64,000 bases of DNA from Asterias rubens (Eukaryota): NCBI RefSeq assembly GCF_902459465.1, contig NC_047064.1:768762-832761 (forward strand), given 5' to 3'. Under the pieces are notes generated by a model, which worked only from the letters and a program-made list of their open reading frames with translations, was not told the DNA's origin and did no database searches. The translations under genes and the position numbers were made by a program. Shown in pieces: positions 48,001 to 62,985 of the stretch (position 1 is its first letter; each line of letters starts with the position of its first letter).

Positions 48001-51000
48001 CGGGAAGTTGACATCCTAAAATTAGGATGTCGTCTTCCTGTGATAATTTATCTCAGGAAGTCGACATCCCGAAAGTAGGATTTTTGTTGTTGAAATGATT
48101 TTACTTGTATACGTTTTGTTATATAGTATTACATTTCCAACAATATTTACAATATTCATGGTCATAAACTACGTTAAACTAAAATAATGGACGAAACAAA
48201 ATGTCCCACGTAAAACTCCATAAGGTTTGGAACATAATGGTCCCGCAAGTTCAAATACGCGCAAGCCTTGCTTAGTCTACACAGAAGGTAATAAATAATT
48301 TATTACAAGCAAATGCAATCGTACAATAATAGAAAACAAAAATTAAAAATCAATGCAAAACACATGTAGGGGATGGAGGGACCCATAAAAGCAAACCTTA
48401 ACGAGTACGGACCCCCTCCCCCTTTTTTTCTAACGAAGAAAGCAATGTGAGCAATTCTATTTAGTGGGTGTAATCTTATGTAACGGCAAAACAACTCAAA
48501 TTTGCAGGAAGAACAAACACAAAAACAGTTAGCGTAAAATAAAACTTAACCATATATTTAAATGAAACAGATAAATAAAATACCCAACGTCATAATAAAA
48601 CATAAAAGGGAACACTAGTTGTGTGATAAAAAATAATACTAGAGAAAATGGGCCCCACAACTCTTGCTGGGAAAAAAACCATGTCGAAATATACCATTGT
48701 TATCCATTAGAGACGTTTTGTAGTCACTTTGGTTGGGGAGTGAGGAATCTAGCAAAAATACACGAAAATCCCAATGCTGGGACATCAGTTTATACACCAG
48801 ACAAATCTATTATATGGATATTCTTTTGAATATTTTATTTTGTGCATAATATGGTCCGTGATTCATGGTCCGTTGAATATAAGTGGGCGGTTGTGTATCG
48901 ACAACAGACTTTTATCATTTTGATCACCATCAGCCCCATGTATAATAAACCTCAACGACTGACGATTGCACTTTTGGTATTGTCATTGTTAAACTCCGGT
49001 TCCATTGTGTGCTGTCTGTTATCCTCCACACATAGATTTTCTTGTGAATAGTAGCTGTGTATGATTCATGGTTCGCTGAATATTGTGGCGATAACAAACT
49101 TTTATCATTTTGAACTGAATGCTTGATTTATTACCCTCCACACATAGATTTTCTTGTGAATAGTAGCTGTGTATGATTCATGGTTCGCTGAATAATGTGG
49201 CGAAAACTAACTTTAATCATTTTGAACTGAATGCTTGATTTATTACCTTCCACACATAGATTTTCTTGTGAATAGTAGCTGTGTATGATTCATGGTTTGC
49301 TGAATATTGTGGCAATAACAAACTTTTATCATTTTGAACTGAATGCTTGATTTATTATCTAGAGGTAAATGCTTGAGGCCAGTAAGAGTATTGTGCACGT
49401 ACACCATGTAGTTTTTGTTGGAAACCGTTTGCTAACAGCCATTTATGTTACCCTTTGAAATAAAATCAGAAAATTTATAAGTTTGCTTGTTGCATAAAAT
49501 TAAATTGAAGATGATGCCTGAATTGATTTTTACAATCAGAGTTGGACTCTAGACTGACGTGTTGGACTCCTTGAACACTCCAAGTGGTTCAATAGGTAGT
49601 GCAATTCCAATACTTATGCTGATGTTCTCATGATGTCAGCATCAACAGGAAGTTCCAACCACTTTGTCCCCTTGTACAATTAAATATGCAAATATGGGTC
49701 ACGTGGTTAATTAATTACGATTTTTAATTTTTTTGGGGGGTCGGTGGTTTGATGTTTGATCTAGTACGATTTGATTTCACAGAACTCTTAACCACCAAAC
49801 TCTGCGCTTATGATCACCATTTTCCGATTACTGTGTTTTTCAAACATCATCGTGTCATGCATGCACACAGGTTATGTTTGGCTAACAATTGAGAAAAAGA
49901 AAAGGCAACACTATTGATATAAAGATAAGAATCTAACTTAAAATATTTCAAAAAGAAATATTTTTTTAGTTTTGGGGGCTAAAAACAAATTTTTCCCGTG
50001 CGCAGATTCGAACTCGCACGTATCAGTGAAGAAAGCGCGACTGATGTCCACTAGGCTACGAGGGCCAACACAATAATCAAGGGTTTACATGTATTTATTT
50101 CAACAGAGGGGATTATAAATGATCCGGCGAAATACTTCTCGTGTCATGATTTTGCGAACATTGTCACTAAATATGAACTGCTAACGCCTTTAACTTAAGT
50201 AGGGGTTGAAATGTAGTATTTGATGCCTTTAGGGGTTTTTGACGAGGACGTCGTCGTCGTCAAAAACCCCTATTCAACTACGCACGTTCGTCCACAAAGA
50301 AAACACATCGGAGTCTAAATTTGACATTTTTTCACTCATTTCTCAAAAACTACAACACACAGCAAGTAATATGTTATAACTGTTAAGTAGGGTTGAAATG
50401 CCGTATTAGATTGCCTTAAGGGGGTTTTTGACGACGACGTCGATGTCGTCAAAAACCCCTATCTAATTACGCACGTTCGTTTTAACGAAAACCCATGCAC
50501 AGAGTAATTGGTCCAGAACGCGGTTAGAAAAACAAGGACAAATTTAACGACGTTCTAACGAAAATCCCAAACCTCCGTACTTTGTGCGTGTACAGAGTAA
50601 CGTGTCCAGAACGCGGGTAGAAAACAAAATAGTATAGACTCCTCTCAAGAAGTCAACAACTCATTGAGGTACATACGTGTTGTATAACCAAAGCGAATGT
50701 TTCACAATAACATGAAAGTGACTGCCATCAAAATTACAAATTAAAAAGTTCAAATGAAGGACCACGTGGTTAATTAATGAAGAATTTTACACTTTTTTTG
50801 TTAGAGTAAAACTTATGTTCTAAGCTTTCAATTTGATATATGATTAACTATTTTATCCTCATACTTTAGGAGTAGGGGCCTGAACAAAAACGCTGTACAA
50901 ACGCTATGGGGTTTTAGGCGGAAACAAAGAATAATAATCATAAAAATAATTAAAATCTCGACGAAACAACACCTGTTCCGGACGGTAGGTCGGAACAGCT

Positions 51001-51055
51001 AATTAAAATCTCGACGAAAACAACACCTGTTCCGACGGTAGGTCGGAACCGCTAA
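45081..51055. repeat. Higher-order satellite unit U2 (5,975 bp).
   Basis: ORF-track anchors repeat with a period of 5966-5975 bp (45096, 57029 and 63001; 48303 and 60235; 45412, 51384, 57345 and 63317). U2 and U4 are about 99% identical. Confidence 0.9.
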
Positions 51056-54000
51056 TTATGTTGCGAATGGGTGACTAGTGAATTTTACTACTCGACTAGT
51101 CGCACCTCAAACCTGCCTACGACACTTGTCGAGATAAAATACGGATTCTCAAGATTTGTACCGCCATGTGCCGCAAGGGCATATTAATTATGTTGCGAAT
51201 GGGTGTGACTAGTGAATTTACTACTCGACTAGTCGCACTTCAAACCTAACTATGACACTTGTCGAGATAAAGTACGGATTCTCAAGATTTGTGCCGCTAT
51301 GCCGCAAGGGCAATATAATTATGTTGCGAATATAAGCAACACAACTGGTTCACCAAACAGGTAGTCGGGACAAATTTTTAATTATGTTGCGATATGGGTT
51401 GTGGACTAGTGGAATTTACTACTCGACTAGTCGCAATTCAAACCTAACTATGACATTTTGTCGAGATAAGTACAGATTCTCAAGATTTGTGCCGCTTTGC
51501 CGCAAGGGCAATATTAATTATGTTGCGAATAGTAGTAAGCAACACAACTGGTTCACCAAAACAGGTAGTCTGGACAAATTTTGTAGTCGATGTGTGGACA
51601 CGGTTATAACTGAATAGAGATAAAAACAGTAGTCGCGACTCAAATTATAATTTGTAGTCGCGGCTTTAACACCTAAAGCACACTAGTCGCACCTGCCTAC
51701 TTTTGTCACAAGTAAAGCACAGTTTTTCCTGAAAATGCAAATCAAATTTTTTAGTCACTGTTTTCGCAGTGAAAGTTTCGCAGGAGTTGAGCACAATAGT
51801 CAACTGTAGCAAATTGTTGATGCCAATTGTGAAGTGAAGAACACATTCCCTGCTAAGCTGTAAAATACGCTTAGCGTAAGCACAGTTCCCTGATTACGTA
51901 AGCGCTGCGATTCTTTCCTTTAAAAGCCATTGGCCCAGCACCAAACTACATAATAGCTTTTTAAACACAAAAAGCAGCTTAACCATGCCTCATGTTCAAG
52001 TTGTGAATCCAGGTGTTCTGCTCAATTTCTGCAATTTTGTAATGTTTGCCTGTTTAGTACAAGCAGCTCTATAAAACTGAGCCACTCAACCACCAGAGAA
52101 ACGTCAGCATAATAAAATCTCTGCTTTTGTATTCCTGTCAAAGATGTTTTTGTTTGTCATGGTCTAGTTTCCGAACGAACGCGAAATACTGGAATTAGTT
52201 TAGGCAATGGTCCCCGGCGCGAACAAGGTGACTTTACCCGTAAATAATTCCAAATCCCGGGCGGTCTATTTCGTCGTCCACGCTCGTCGGCTGAATGAAC
52301 CGGTCCACGACGCACCATGCTCAGGCTTGTTCAAATTTTGGGAACAAGTTTAGACTTGTGCTAGTCGGTTACCGTAAGAAATCTATGTATATTGAACAAA
52401 AAACGCAATAACACCGGTCGAAAATGGTATACGGACTCGGTCACGTTAACAGTTTTACAATTTTGACTATTCAAATCAAGTTTTCGCCGTACCCATGATC
52501 TTTGAAAAAACTTCCCTGGAAATACAGGTTTTTTAAAATAATTACACTGTTTCTATAAGTTCTGATGCTTTAAAATGACCATTAGTAAATATATCTTTAA
52601 TCTAAAGTAATTTTGGGAAGTGTAAAACATGTAATTTATTTTTAATCGAATAAATTATGTTTGGAAAGCTGGGTTTGTTTACACTTAAAGAGCCATTGGT
52701 GTTTGTGCACAGACACAAAACGTGCAGTACATGACGTCATGAAGACGTCGTCCAGAATTTTATGTCGGAAATCACATTACAGGACCTGACTAGTGTATAG
52801 CTGAAAAAAGTTGCAGGATCGGCGGTCTACTTTTTTGAGATATGGTGTTAACAAGGTTTTGCTAATAAATATTCATGAGCTTAATTAAGGATTATTAATT
52901 AACAATTTTAACATTTTTTGCGATAAGAATTAAGCTTATGTTCTAAGCTTCAATTTGGTATAATAAAACTCACTCTTTCGTATTAGGGTTTAGGAGATTA
53001 GGCTGCCACAAAACGTGTACAAACACTATGGGATTTAGGGAGAAACAAAGAATAATAATAACTAGACATTAGGTGTTTGTGAACAAACACAAAGCTGTTC
53101 CGTGTTCTTTTGCTTTGATTATGTGTTAAAATTACCAAGGAGTCTATAACTGAAAAAAGTTTGAACAATACTGTACAGTGTCTTGAGTTGCGGTGCCACT
53201 TCATGGGGTCACGGTAACCTAAGGCTAATCTCTAACGCCCAAGGAGTCTGTAACTGAAAAAAAAATAGAAAATCGGTTTGTGTAGTTCTTGAGATATGGT
53301 GCCACTTCTGGTTGACCCGGAAGTAGAGGCCAATTTGGGGTCATGGATTTTCAAAGTTTATTTGTAATGCCGTAGGAGGATAAAACTGAACAAAAAGGAT
53401 TGAAAATCGGTTGTATAGTACTTGGCGTATGGTCCCACTTCCGGTTCACCCGGACGTAGAGGCCAACATGGGGTCACGGGTTTTCACAGTCAATATTAAT
53501 GTCAAGGAGTCTGTAAGTGAAAACAAATTGAAAATCGGTTGAGTAGTTCTTGAGATATGGTCCCACTTCCGGTTGACCCGGAAGTAGAGGTCAAATTGAG
53601 GTCACGGTTTTCCGAATTTTTCTCCTATCCCCAAGGAGTCTTATAACTACAAACAGTCGACATTGTTAAAGAAGAATGTCGTCTTCCTGTGATAATTTAT
53701 CTCGGAATGTCGACATCCTAAAAGTAGGATGTCGTCTTCCTGTGATAATTTATCTCGGGATGTCGACATCCTAAAAGTAGGATGTCGTCTTGCTGTGATA
53801 ATTTATCTCGGTATGTCGACATCCTAAACGTCAGTTGTCATCTTCCTGTGATAATTTATCTCGAGAAGTCGACATTCTAAAAGAAGAATGTCGTCTTCCT
53901 GTGATAATTTATCTCAGAATGTCGATATCCCAAAAGTAGGATGTCGTCTTGCTGTGATAATTTATCTCGGGAAGTTGACATCCTAAAATTAGGATGTCGT

Positions 54001-57000
54001 CTTCCTGTGATAATTTATCTCAGGAAGTCGACATCCCGAAAGTAGGATTTTTGTTGTTGAAATGATTTTACTTGTATACGTTTTGTTATATAGTATTACA
54101 TTTCCAACAATATTTACAATATTCATGGTCATAAACTACGTTAAACTAAAATAATGGACGAAACAAAATGTCCCACGTAAAACTCCATAAGGTTTGGAAC
54201 ATAATGGTCCCGCAAGTTCAATACGCGCAAGCCTTGCTTAGTCTACACAGAAGTAATAAATAATTTATTACAAGCAAATGCAATCGTACAATAATAGAAA
54301 ACAAAAATTAAAAATCAATGCAAAACACATGTAGGGGATGGAGGGACCCATAAAAGCAAACCTTAACGAGTACGGACCCCCTCCCCCTTTTTTCTAACGA
54401 AGAAAGCAATGTGAGCAATTCTATTAGTGGGTGTAATCTTATGTAACGGCAAAACAACTCAAATTTGCAGGAAGAACAAACACAAAAACAGTTAGCGTAA
54501 AATAAAACTTAACCATATATTTAAATGAAACAGATAAATAAAATACCCAACGTCATAATAAAACATAAAAGGGAACACTAGTTGTGTGATAAAAATAAAT
54601 ACTAGAGAAAATGGGCCCCACAACTCTTGCTGGGAAAAAAACCATGTCGAAATATACCATTGTTATCCATTAGAGACGTTTTGTAGTCACTTTGGTTGGG
54701 GGAGTGAGGAATCTAGCAAAAATACACGAAAATCCCAATGCTGGGACATCAGTTTATACACCAGACAAATCTATTATATGGATATTCTTTTGAATATTTT
54801 ATTTGTGCATAATATGGTCCGTGATTCATGGTCCGTTGAATATAAGTGGGCGGTTGTGTATCGACAACAGACTTTTATCATTTGATCACCATCAGCCCCA
54901 TGTATAATAACCTCAACGACTGACGATTGCACTTTTGGTATTGTCATTGTTAAACTCCGGTTCCATTGTGTGCTGTCTGTTATCCTCCACACATAGATTT
55001 TCTTGTGAATAGTAGCTGTGTATGATTCATGGTTCGCTGAATATTGTGGCGATAACAAACTTTTATCATTTTGAACTGAATGCTTGATTTATTACCCTCC
55101 ACACATAGATTTTCTTGTGAATAGTAGCTGTGTATGATTCATGGTTCGCTGAATAATGTGGCGAAAACTAACTTTAATCATTTTGAACTGAATGCTTGAT
55201 TTATTACCTTCCACACATAGATTTTCTTGTGAATAGTAGCTGTGTATGATTCATGGTTTGCTGAATATTGTGGCAATAACAAACTTTTATCATTTTGAAC
55301 TGAATGCTTGATTTATTATCTAGAGGTAAATGCTTGAGGCCAGTAAGAGTATTGTGCACGTACACCATGTAGTTTTTGTTGGAAACCGTTTGCTAACAGC
55401 CATTTATGTTACCCTTGAAATAAAATCAGAAAATTTATAAGTTTGCTTGTTGCATAAAATTAAATTGAAGATGATGCCTGAATTGATTTTTACAATCAGA
55501 GTTGGACTCTAGACTGACGTGTTGGACTCCTTGAACACTCCAAGTGGTTCAATAGGTAGTGCAATTCCAATACTTATGCTGATGTTCTCATGATGTCAGC
55601 ATCAACAGGAAGTTCCAACCACTTTGTCCCCTTGTACAATTAAATATGCAAATATGGGTCACGTGGTTAATTAATTACGATTTTTAATTTTTTTTGGGGG
55701 TCGGTGGTTTGATGTTTGATCTAGTACGATTTGATTTCACAGAACTCTTAACCACCAAACTCTGCGCTTATGATCACCATTTTCCGATTACTGTGTTTTT
55801 CAAACATCATCGTGTCATGCATGCACACAGGTTATGTTTGGCTAACAATTGAGAAAAAGAAAAGGCAACACTATTGATATAAAGATAAGAATCTAACTTA
55901 AAATATTTCAAAAAGAAATATTTTTTTAGTTTTGGGGGCTAAAAACAAATTTTTCCCGTGCGCAGATTCGAACTCGCACGTATCAGTGAAGAAAGCGCGA
56001 CTGATGTCCACTAGGCTACGAGGGCCAACACAATAATCAAGGGTTTACATGTATTATTTCAACAGAGGGGATTATAAATGATCCGGCGAAATAATTCTCG
56101 TGTCATGATTTTGCGAACATTGTCACTAAATATGAACTGCTAACGCCTTTAACTTAAGTAGGGGTTGAAATGTAGTATTTGATGCCTTTAGGGGTTTTTG
56201 ACGAGGACGTCGTCGTCGTCAAAAACCCCTATTCAACTACGCACGTTCGTCCACAAAGAAAACACATCGGAGTCTAAATTTGACATTTTTTCACTCATTT
56301 CTCAAAAACTACAACACCACAGCAAGTAATATTTTATAACTGTTAAGTAGGGTTGAAATGCAGTATTAGATTGCCTTAAGGGGGTTTTTGACGACGACGT
56401 CGATGTCGTCAAAAACCCCTATCTAATTACGCACGTTCGTTTTAACGAAAACCCATGCACAGAGTAATTGGTCCAGAACGCGGTTAGAAAAACAAGGACA
56501 AATTTAACGCACGTTCTAACGAAAATCCCAAACCTCCGTACTTTGTGCGTGTACAGAGTAACGTGTCCAGAACGCGGGTAGAAAACAAAATAGTATAGAC
56601 TCCTCTCAAGAAGTCAACAACTCATTGAGGTACATACTGTGTTGTATAACCAAAGCGAATGTTTCACAATAACATGAAAGTGACTGCATCAAAATTACAA
56701 ATTAAAAAGTTCAAATGAAGACCACGTGGTTAATTAATGAAGAATTTTTACACTTTTTTGTTAGAGTAAAACTTATGTTCTAAGCTTCAATTTGATATAT
56801 GATTTAACTATTTTATCCTCATACTTTAGGAGTAGGGGCCTGAACAAAAACGCTGTACAAACGCTATGGGGTTTTAGGCGGAAACAAAGAATAATAATCA
56901 TAAAAATAATTAAATCTCGACGAAAACAACACCTGTTCCGACGGTAGGTCGGAACAGCTAATAAAATCTCGACGAAAACAACACCTGTTCCGACGGTAGG

Positions 57001-57013
57001 TCGGAACAGCTAA
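51056..57013. repeat. Higher-order satellite unit U3 (5,958 bp). Its first ~2.5 kb carries markedly more single-base indels than U2 or U4.
   Basis: Same order of segments. Relative to U2 and U4 there are many 1-nt insertions or deletions, for example 'gggcatattaatt' against 'gggcaatattaatt', 'gcgatatgggttgtggactagtggaattt' against 'gcgaatgggtgtgactagtgaaattt', and 'aagatgtttttg' against 'aagagtttttg'. These change the track ORFs (51384 MLRYGLWTSGIYY... against MLRMGVTSEIYY...). Confidence 0.85.
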
Positions 57014-60000
57014 TTATGTTGCGAATGGGTGACTAGTGAATTTTACTACTCGACTAGTCGCACCTCAAACCTGCCTACGACACTTGTCGAGATAAAATAC
57101 GGATTCTCAAGATTTGTACCGCCATGTGCCGCAAGGGCAATATTAATTATGTTGCGAATGGGTGTGACTAGTGAAATTTACTACTCGACTAGTCGCACTT
57201 CAAACCTAACTATGACACTTGTCGAGATAAAGTACGGATTCTCAAGATTTGTGCCGCTATGCCGCAAGGGCAATATAAATTATGTTGCGAATATAAGCAA
57301 CACAACTGGTTCACCAAACAGGTAGTCGGGACAAATTTTTAATTATGTTGCGAATGGGTGTGACTAGTGAAATTTACTACTCGACTAGTCGCAATTCAAA
57401 CCTAACTATGACATTTGTCGAGATAAAGTACAGATTCTCAAGATTTGTGCCGCTTTGCCGCAAGGGCAATATTAATTATGTTGCGAATAGTAGTAAGCAA
57501 CACAACTGGTTCACCAAACAGGTAGTCTGGACAAATTTTGTAGTCGATGTGTGGACACGGTTATAACTGAATAGAGATAAAAACAGTAGTCGCGACTCAA
57601 ATTATAATTTGTAGTCGCGGCTTTAACACTAAAGCACACTAGTCGCACCTGCCTACTTTTGTCACAAGTAAAGCACAGTTTTTCCTGAAAATGCAAATCA
57701 AATTTTTTAGTCACTGTTTTCGCAGTGAAAGTTTCGCAGGAGTTGAGCACAATTAGTCAACTGTAGCAAATTGTTTGATGCCAATTGTGAAGTGAAGAAC
57801 ACATTCCCTGCTAAGCTGTAAAATACGCTTAGCGTAAGCACAGTTCCCTGATTACGTAAGCGCTGCGATTCTTTCCTTTAAAAGCCATTGGCCCAGCACC
57901 AAACTACATAATAGCTTTTTAAACACAAAAAGCAGCTTAACCATGCCTCATGTTCAAGTTGTGAATCCAGGTGTTCTGCTCAATTTCTGCAATTTTGTAA
58001 TGTTTGCCTGTTTAGTACAAGCAGCTCTATAAAACTGAGCCACTCAACCACCAGAGAAACGTCAGCATAATAAAATCTCTGCTTTTGTATTCCTGTCAAA
58101 GAGTTTTTGTTTGTCATGGTCTAGTTTCCGAACGTAACGCGAAATACTGGAATTAGTTTAGGCAAATGGTCCCCGGCGCGAACAAGGTGACTTTACCCGT
58201 AAATAATTCCAAATCCCGGGCGGTCTATTTTCGTCGTCCACGCTCGTCGGCTGAAATGAACCCGGTCCACGACGCACCATGCTCAGGCTTGTCAAATTTT
58301 GGGAACAAGTTTAGACTTGTGCTAGTCGGTTACCGTAAGAAATCTATGTATATTGAACAAAAAAAACGCAATAACACCGGTCGAAAATGGTATACGGACT
58401 CGGTCAAGTTAACAGTTTTACAATTTTGACTATTCAAATCAAGTTTTACGCCGTACCCATGATCTTTGAAAAAACTTCCCTGGAAATACAGGTTTTTTAA
58501 AATAATTACACTGTTTCTATAAGTTCTGATGCTTTTAAAATGACCATTAGTAAAATATATCTTAATCTAAAGTAATTTTGGGAAGTGTAAAACATGTAAT
58601 TTATTTTTAATCGAATAAATTATGTTTTGGAAAGCTGGGTTTGTTTACACTTAAAGAGCCATTGTGTTTGTGCACAGACACAAAACGTGCATTACATGAC
58701 GTCATGAAGACGTCGTCCAGAATTTTATGTCGGAAATCACATTAACAGGACCTGACTAGTGTATAGCTGAAAAAAGTTGCAGGATCGGCGGTCTACTTTT
58801 TGAGATATGGTGTTAACAAGGTTTGCTAATTAAATATTCATGAGCTTAATTAAGGATTATTAATTAACAATTTTAACATTTTTTGCGATAAGAATTAAGC
58901 TTATGTTCTAAGCTTCAATTTGGTATAATAAACTCACTCTTTCGTATTATGGTTTAGGAGATTAGGCTGCCACAAAAACGTGTACAAACACTATGGGATT
59001 TAGGGAGAAACAAAGAATAATAATAACTAGACATTAGGTGTTTGTGAACAAACACAAAGCTGTTCCGTGTTCTTTTGCTTTGATTATGTGTTAAAATTAC
59101 CAAGGAGTCTATAACTGAAAAAAGTTTGAACAATACTGTACAGTGTCTTGAGTTGCGGTGCCACTTCATGGGGTCACGGTAACCTAAGGCTAATCTCTAA
59201 CGCCCAAGGAGTCTGTAACTGAAAAAAAAATAGAAAGTCGGTTGTGTAGTTCTTGAGATATGGTGCCACTTCTGGTTGACCCGGAAGTAGAGGCCAATTT
59301 GGGGTCATGGATTTTCAAAGTTTATTTGTAATGCCTTAGGAGGATAAAACTGAACAAAAAGGATTGAAAATCGGTTGTATAGTACTTGGCGTATGGTCCC
59401 ACTTCCGGTTCACCCGGACGTAGAGGCCAACATGGGGTCACGGGTTTTCACAGTCAATATTAATGTCAAGGAGTCTGTAAGTGAAAACAAATTGAAAATC
59501 GGTTGAGTAGTTCTTGAGATATGGTCCCACTTCCGGTTGACCCGGAAGTAGAGGTCAAATTGAGGTCACGGTTTTTCCGAATTTTTCTCCTATCCCCAAG
59601 GAGTCTTATAACTACAAACAGTCGACATTGTTAAAGAAGAATGTCGTCTTCCTGTGATAATTTATCTCGGAATGTCGACATCCTAAAAGTAGGATGTCGT
59701 CTTCCTGTGATAATTTATCTCGGGATGTCGACATCCTAAAAGTAGGATGTCGTCTTGCTGTGATAATTTATCTCGGTATGTCGACATCCTAAACGTCAGT
59801 TGTCATCTTCCTGTGATAATTTATCTCGAGAAGTCGACATTCTAAAAGAAGAATGTCGTCTTCCTGTGATAATTTATCTCAGAATGTCGATATCCCAAAA
59901 GTAGGATGTCGTCTTGCTGTTATAATTTATCTCGGGAAGTTGACATCCTAAAATTAGGATGTCGTCTTCCTGTGATAATTTATCTCAGGAAGTCGACATC

Positions 60001-62985
60001 CCGAAAGTAGGATTTTTGTTGTTGAAATGATTTTACTTGTATACGTTTTGTTATATAGTATTACATTTCCAACAATATTTACAATATTCATGGTCATAAA
60101 CTACGTTAAACTAAAATAATGGACGAAACAAAATGTCCCACGTAAAACTCCATAAGGTTTGGAACATAATGGTCCCGCAAGTTCAAATACGCGCAAGCCT
60201 TGCTTAGTCTACACAGAAGGTAATAAATAATTTATTACAAGCAAATGCAATCGTACAATAAAAGAAAACAAAAATTAAAAATCAATGCAAAACACATGTA
60301 GGGGATGGAGGGACCCATAAAAGCAAACCTTAACGAGTACGGACCCCCTCCCCCTTTTTTTCTAACGAAGAAAGCAATGTGAGCAATTCTATTTAGTGGG
60401 TGTAATCTTATGTAACGGCAAAACAACTCAAATTTGCAGGAAGAACAAACACAAAAACAGTTAGCGTAAAATAAAACTTAACCATATATTTAAATGAAAC
60501 AGATAAATAAAATACCCAACGTCATAATAAAACATAAAAGGGAACACTAGTTGTGTGATAAAAATAAATACTAGAGAAAATGGGCCCCACAACTCTTGCT
60601 GGGAAAAAAACCATGTCGAAATATACCATTGTTATCCATTAGAGACGTTTTGTAGTCACTTTGGTTGGGGAGTGAGGAATCTAGCAAAAATACACGAAAA
60701 TCCCAATGCTGGGACATCAGTTTATACACCAGACAAATCTATTATATGGATATTCTTTTGAATATTTTATTTTGTGCATAATATGGTCCGTGATTCATGG
60801 TCCGTTGAATATAAGTGGGCGGTTGTGTATCGACAACAGACTTTTATCATTTTGATCACCATCAGCCCCATGTATAATAAACCTCAACGACTGACGATTG
60901 CACTTTTGGTATTGTCATTGTTAAACTCCGGTTCCATTGTGTGCTGTCTGTTATCCTCCACACATAGATTTTCTTGTGAATAGTAGCTGTGTATGATTCA
61001 TGGTTCGCTGAATATTGTGGCGATAACAAACTTTTATCATTTTGAACTGAATGCTTGATTTATTACCCTCCACACATAGATTTTCTTGTGAATAGTAGCT
61101 GTGTATGATTCATGGTTCGCTGAATAATGTGGCGAAAACTAACTTTAATCATTTTGAACTGAATGCTTGATTTATTACCTTCCACACATAGATTTTCTTG
61201 TGAATAGTAGCTGTGTATGATTCATGGTTTGCTGAATATTGTGGCAATAACAAACTTTTATCATTTTGAACTGAATGCTTGATTTATTATCTAGAGGTAA
61301 ATGCTTGAGGCCAGTAAGAGTATTGTGCACGTACACCATGTAGTTTTGTTGGAAACCGTTTGCTAACAGCCATTTATGTTACCCTTTGAAATAAAATCAG
61401 AAAATTTATAAGTTTGCTTGTTGCATAAAATTAAATTGAAGATGATGCCTGAATTGATTTTTACAATCAGAGTTGGACTCTAGACTGACGTGTTGGACTC
61501 CTTGAACACTCCAAGTGGTTCAATAGGTAGTGCAATTCCAATACTTATGCTGATGTTCTCATGATGTCAGCATCAACAGGAAGTTCCAACCACTTTGTCC
61601 CCTTGTACAATTAAATATGCAAATATGGGTCACGTGGTTAATTAATTACGATTTTTAATTTTTTTGGGGGTCGGTGGTTTGATGTTTGATCTAGTACGAT
61701 TTGATTTCACAGAACTCTTAACCACCAAACTCTGCGCTTATGATCACCATTTTCCGATTACTGTGTTTTTCAAACATCATCGTGTCATGCATGCACACAG
61801 GTTATGTTTGGCTAACAATTGAGAAAAAGAAAAGGCAACACTATTGATACAAAGATAAGAATCTAACTTAAAATATTTCAAAAAGAAATATTTTTTTAGT
61901 TTTGGGGGCTAAAAACAAATTTTTCCCGTGCGCAGATTCGAACTCGCACGTATCAGTGAAGAAAGCGCGACTGATGTCCACTAGGCTACGAGGGCCAACA
62001 CAATAATCAAGGGTTTACATGTATTTATTTCAACAGAGGGGATTATAAATGATCCGGCGAAATAATTCTCGTGTCATGATTTTGCGAACATTGTCACTAA
62101 ATATGAACTGCTAACGCCTTTAACTTAAGTAGGGGTTGAAATGTAGTATTTGATGCCTTTAGGGGTTTTTGACGAGGACGTCGTCGTCGTCAAAAACCCC
62201 TATTCAACTACGCACGTTCGTCCACGAAGAAAACACATCGGAGTCTAAATTTGACATTTTTTCACTCATTTCTCAAAAACTACAACACCACAGCAAGTAA
62301 TATTTTATAACTGTTAAGTAGGGTTGAAATGCAGTATTAGATTGCCTTAAGGGGGTTTTTGACGACGACGTCGATGTCGTCAAAAACCCCTATCTAATTA
62401 CGCACGTTCGTTTTAACGAAAACCCATGCACAGAGTAATTGGTCCAGAACGCGGTTAGAAAAACAAGGACAAATTTAACGCACGTTCTAACGAAAATCCC
62501 AAACCTCCGTACTTTGTGCGTGTACAGAGTAACGTGTCCAGAACGCGGGTAGAAAACAAAATAGTATAGACTCCTCTCAAGAAGTCAACAACTCATTGAG
62601 GTACATACTGTGTTGTATAACCAAAGCGAATGTTTCACAATAACATGAAAGTGACTGCATCAAAATTACAAATTAAAAAGTTCAAATGAAGACCACGTGG
62701 TTAATTAATGAAGAATTTTTACACTTTTTTGTTAGAGTAAAACTTATGTTCTAAGCTTCAATTTGATATATGATTTAACTATTTTATCCTCATACTTTAG
62801 GAGTAGGGGCCTGAACAAAAACGCTGTACAAACGCTATGGGGTTTTAGGCGGAAACAAATAATAATAATCATAAAAATAATTAAAATCTCGACGAAAACA
62901 ACACCTGTTCCGACGGTAGGTCGGAACAGCTAATAAAATCTCGACGAAAACAACACCTGTTCCGACGGTAGGTCGGAACAGCTAA
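57014..62985. repeat. Higher-order satellite unit U4 (5,972 bp).
   Basis: Near-identical to U2. All sub-arrays are present (133-bp x3.5, 130-bp variant x4, 53-bp x8, 112-bp x3, tRNA-like module, hairpins, 60-bp x2). Confidence 0.9.
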
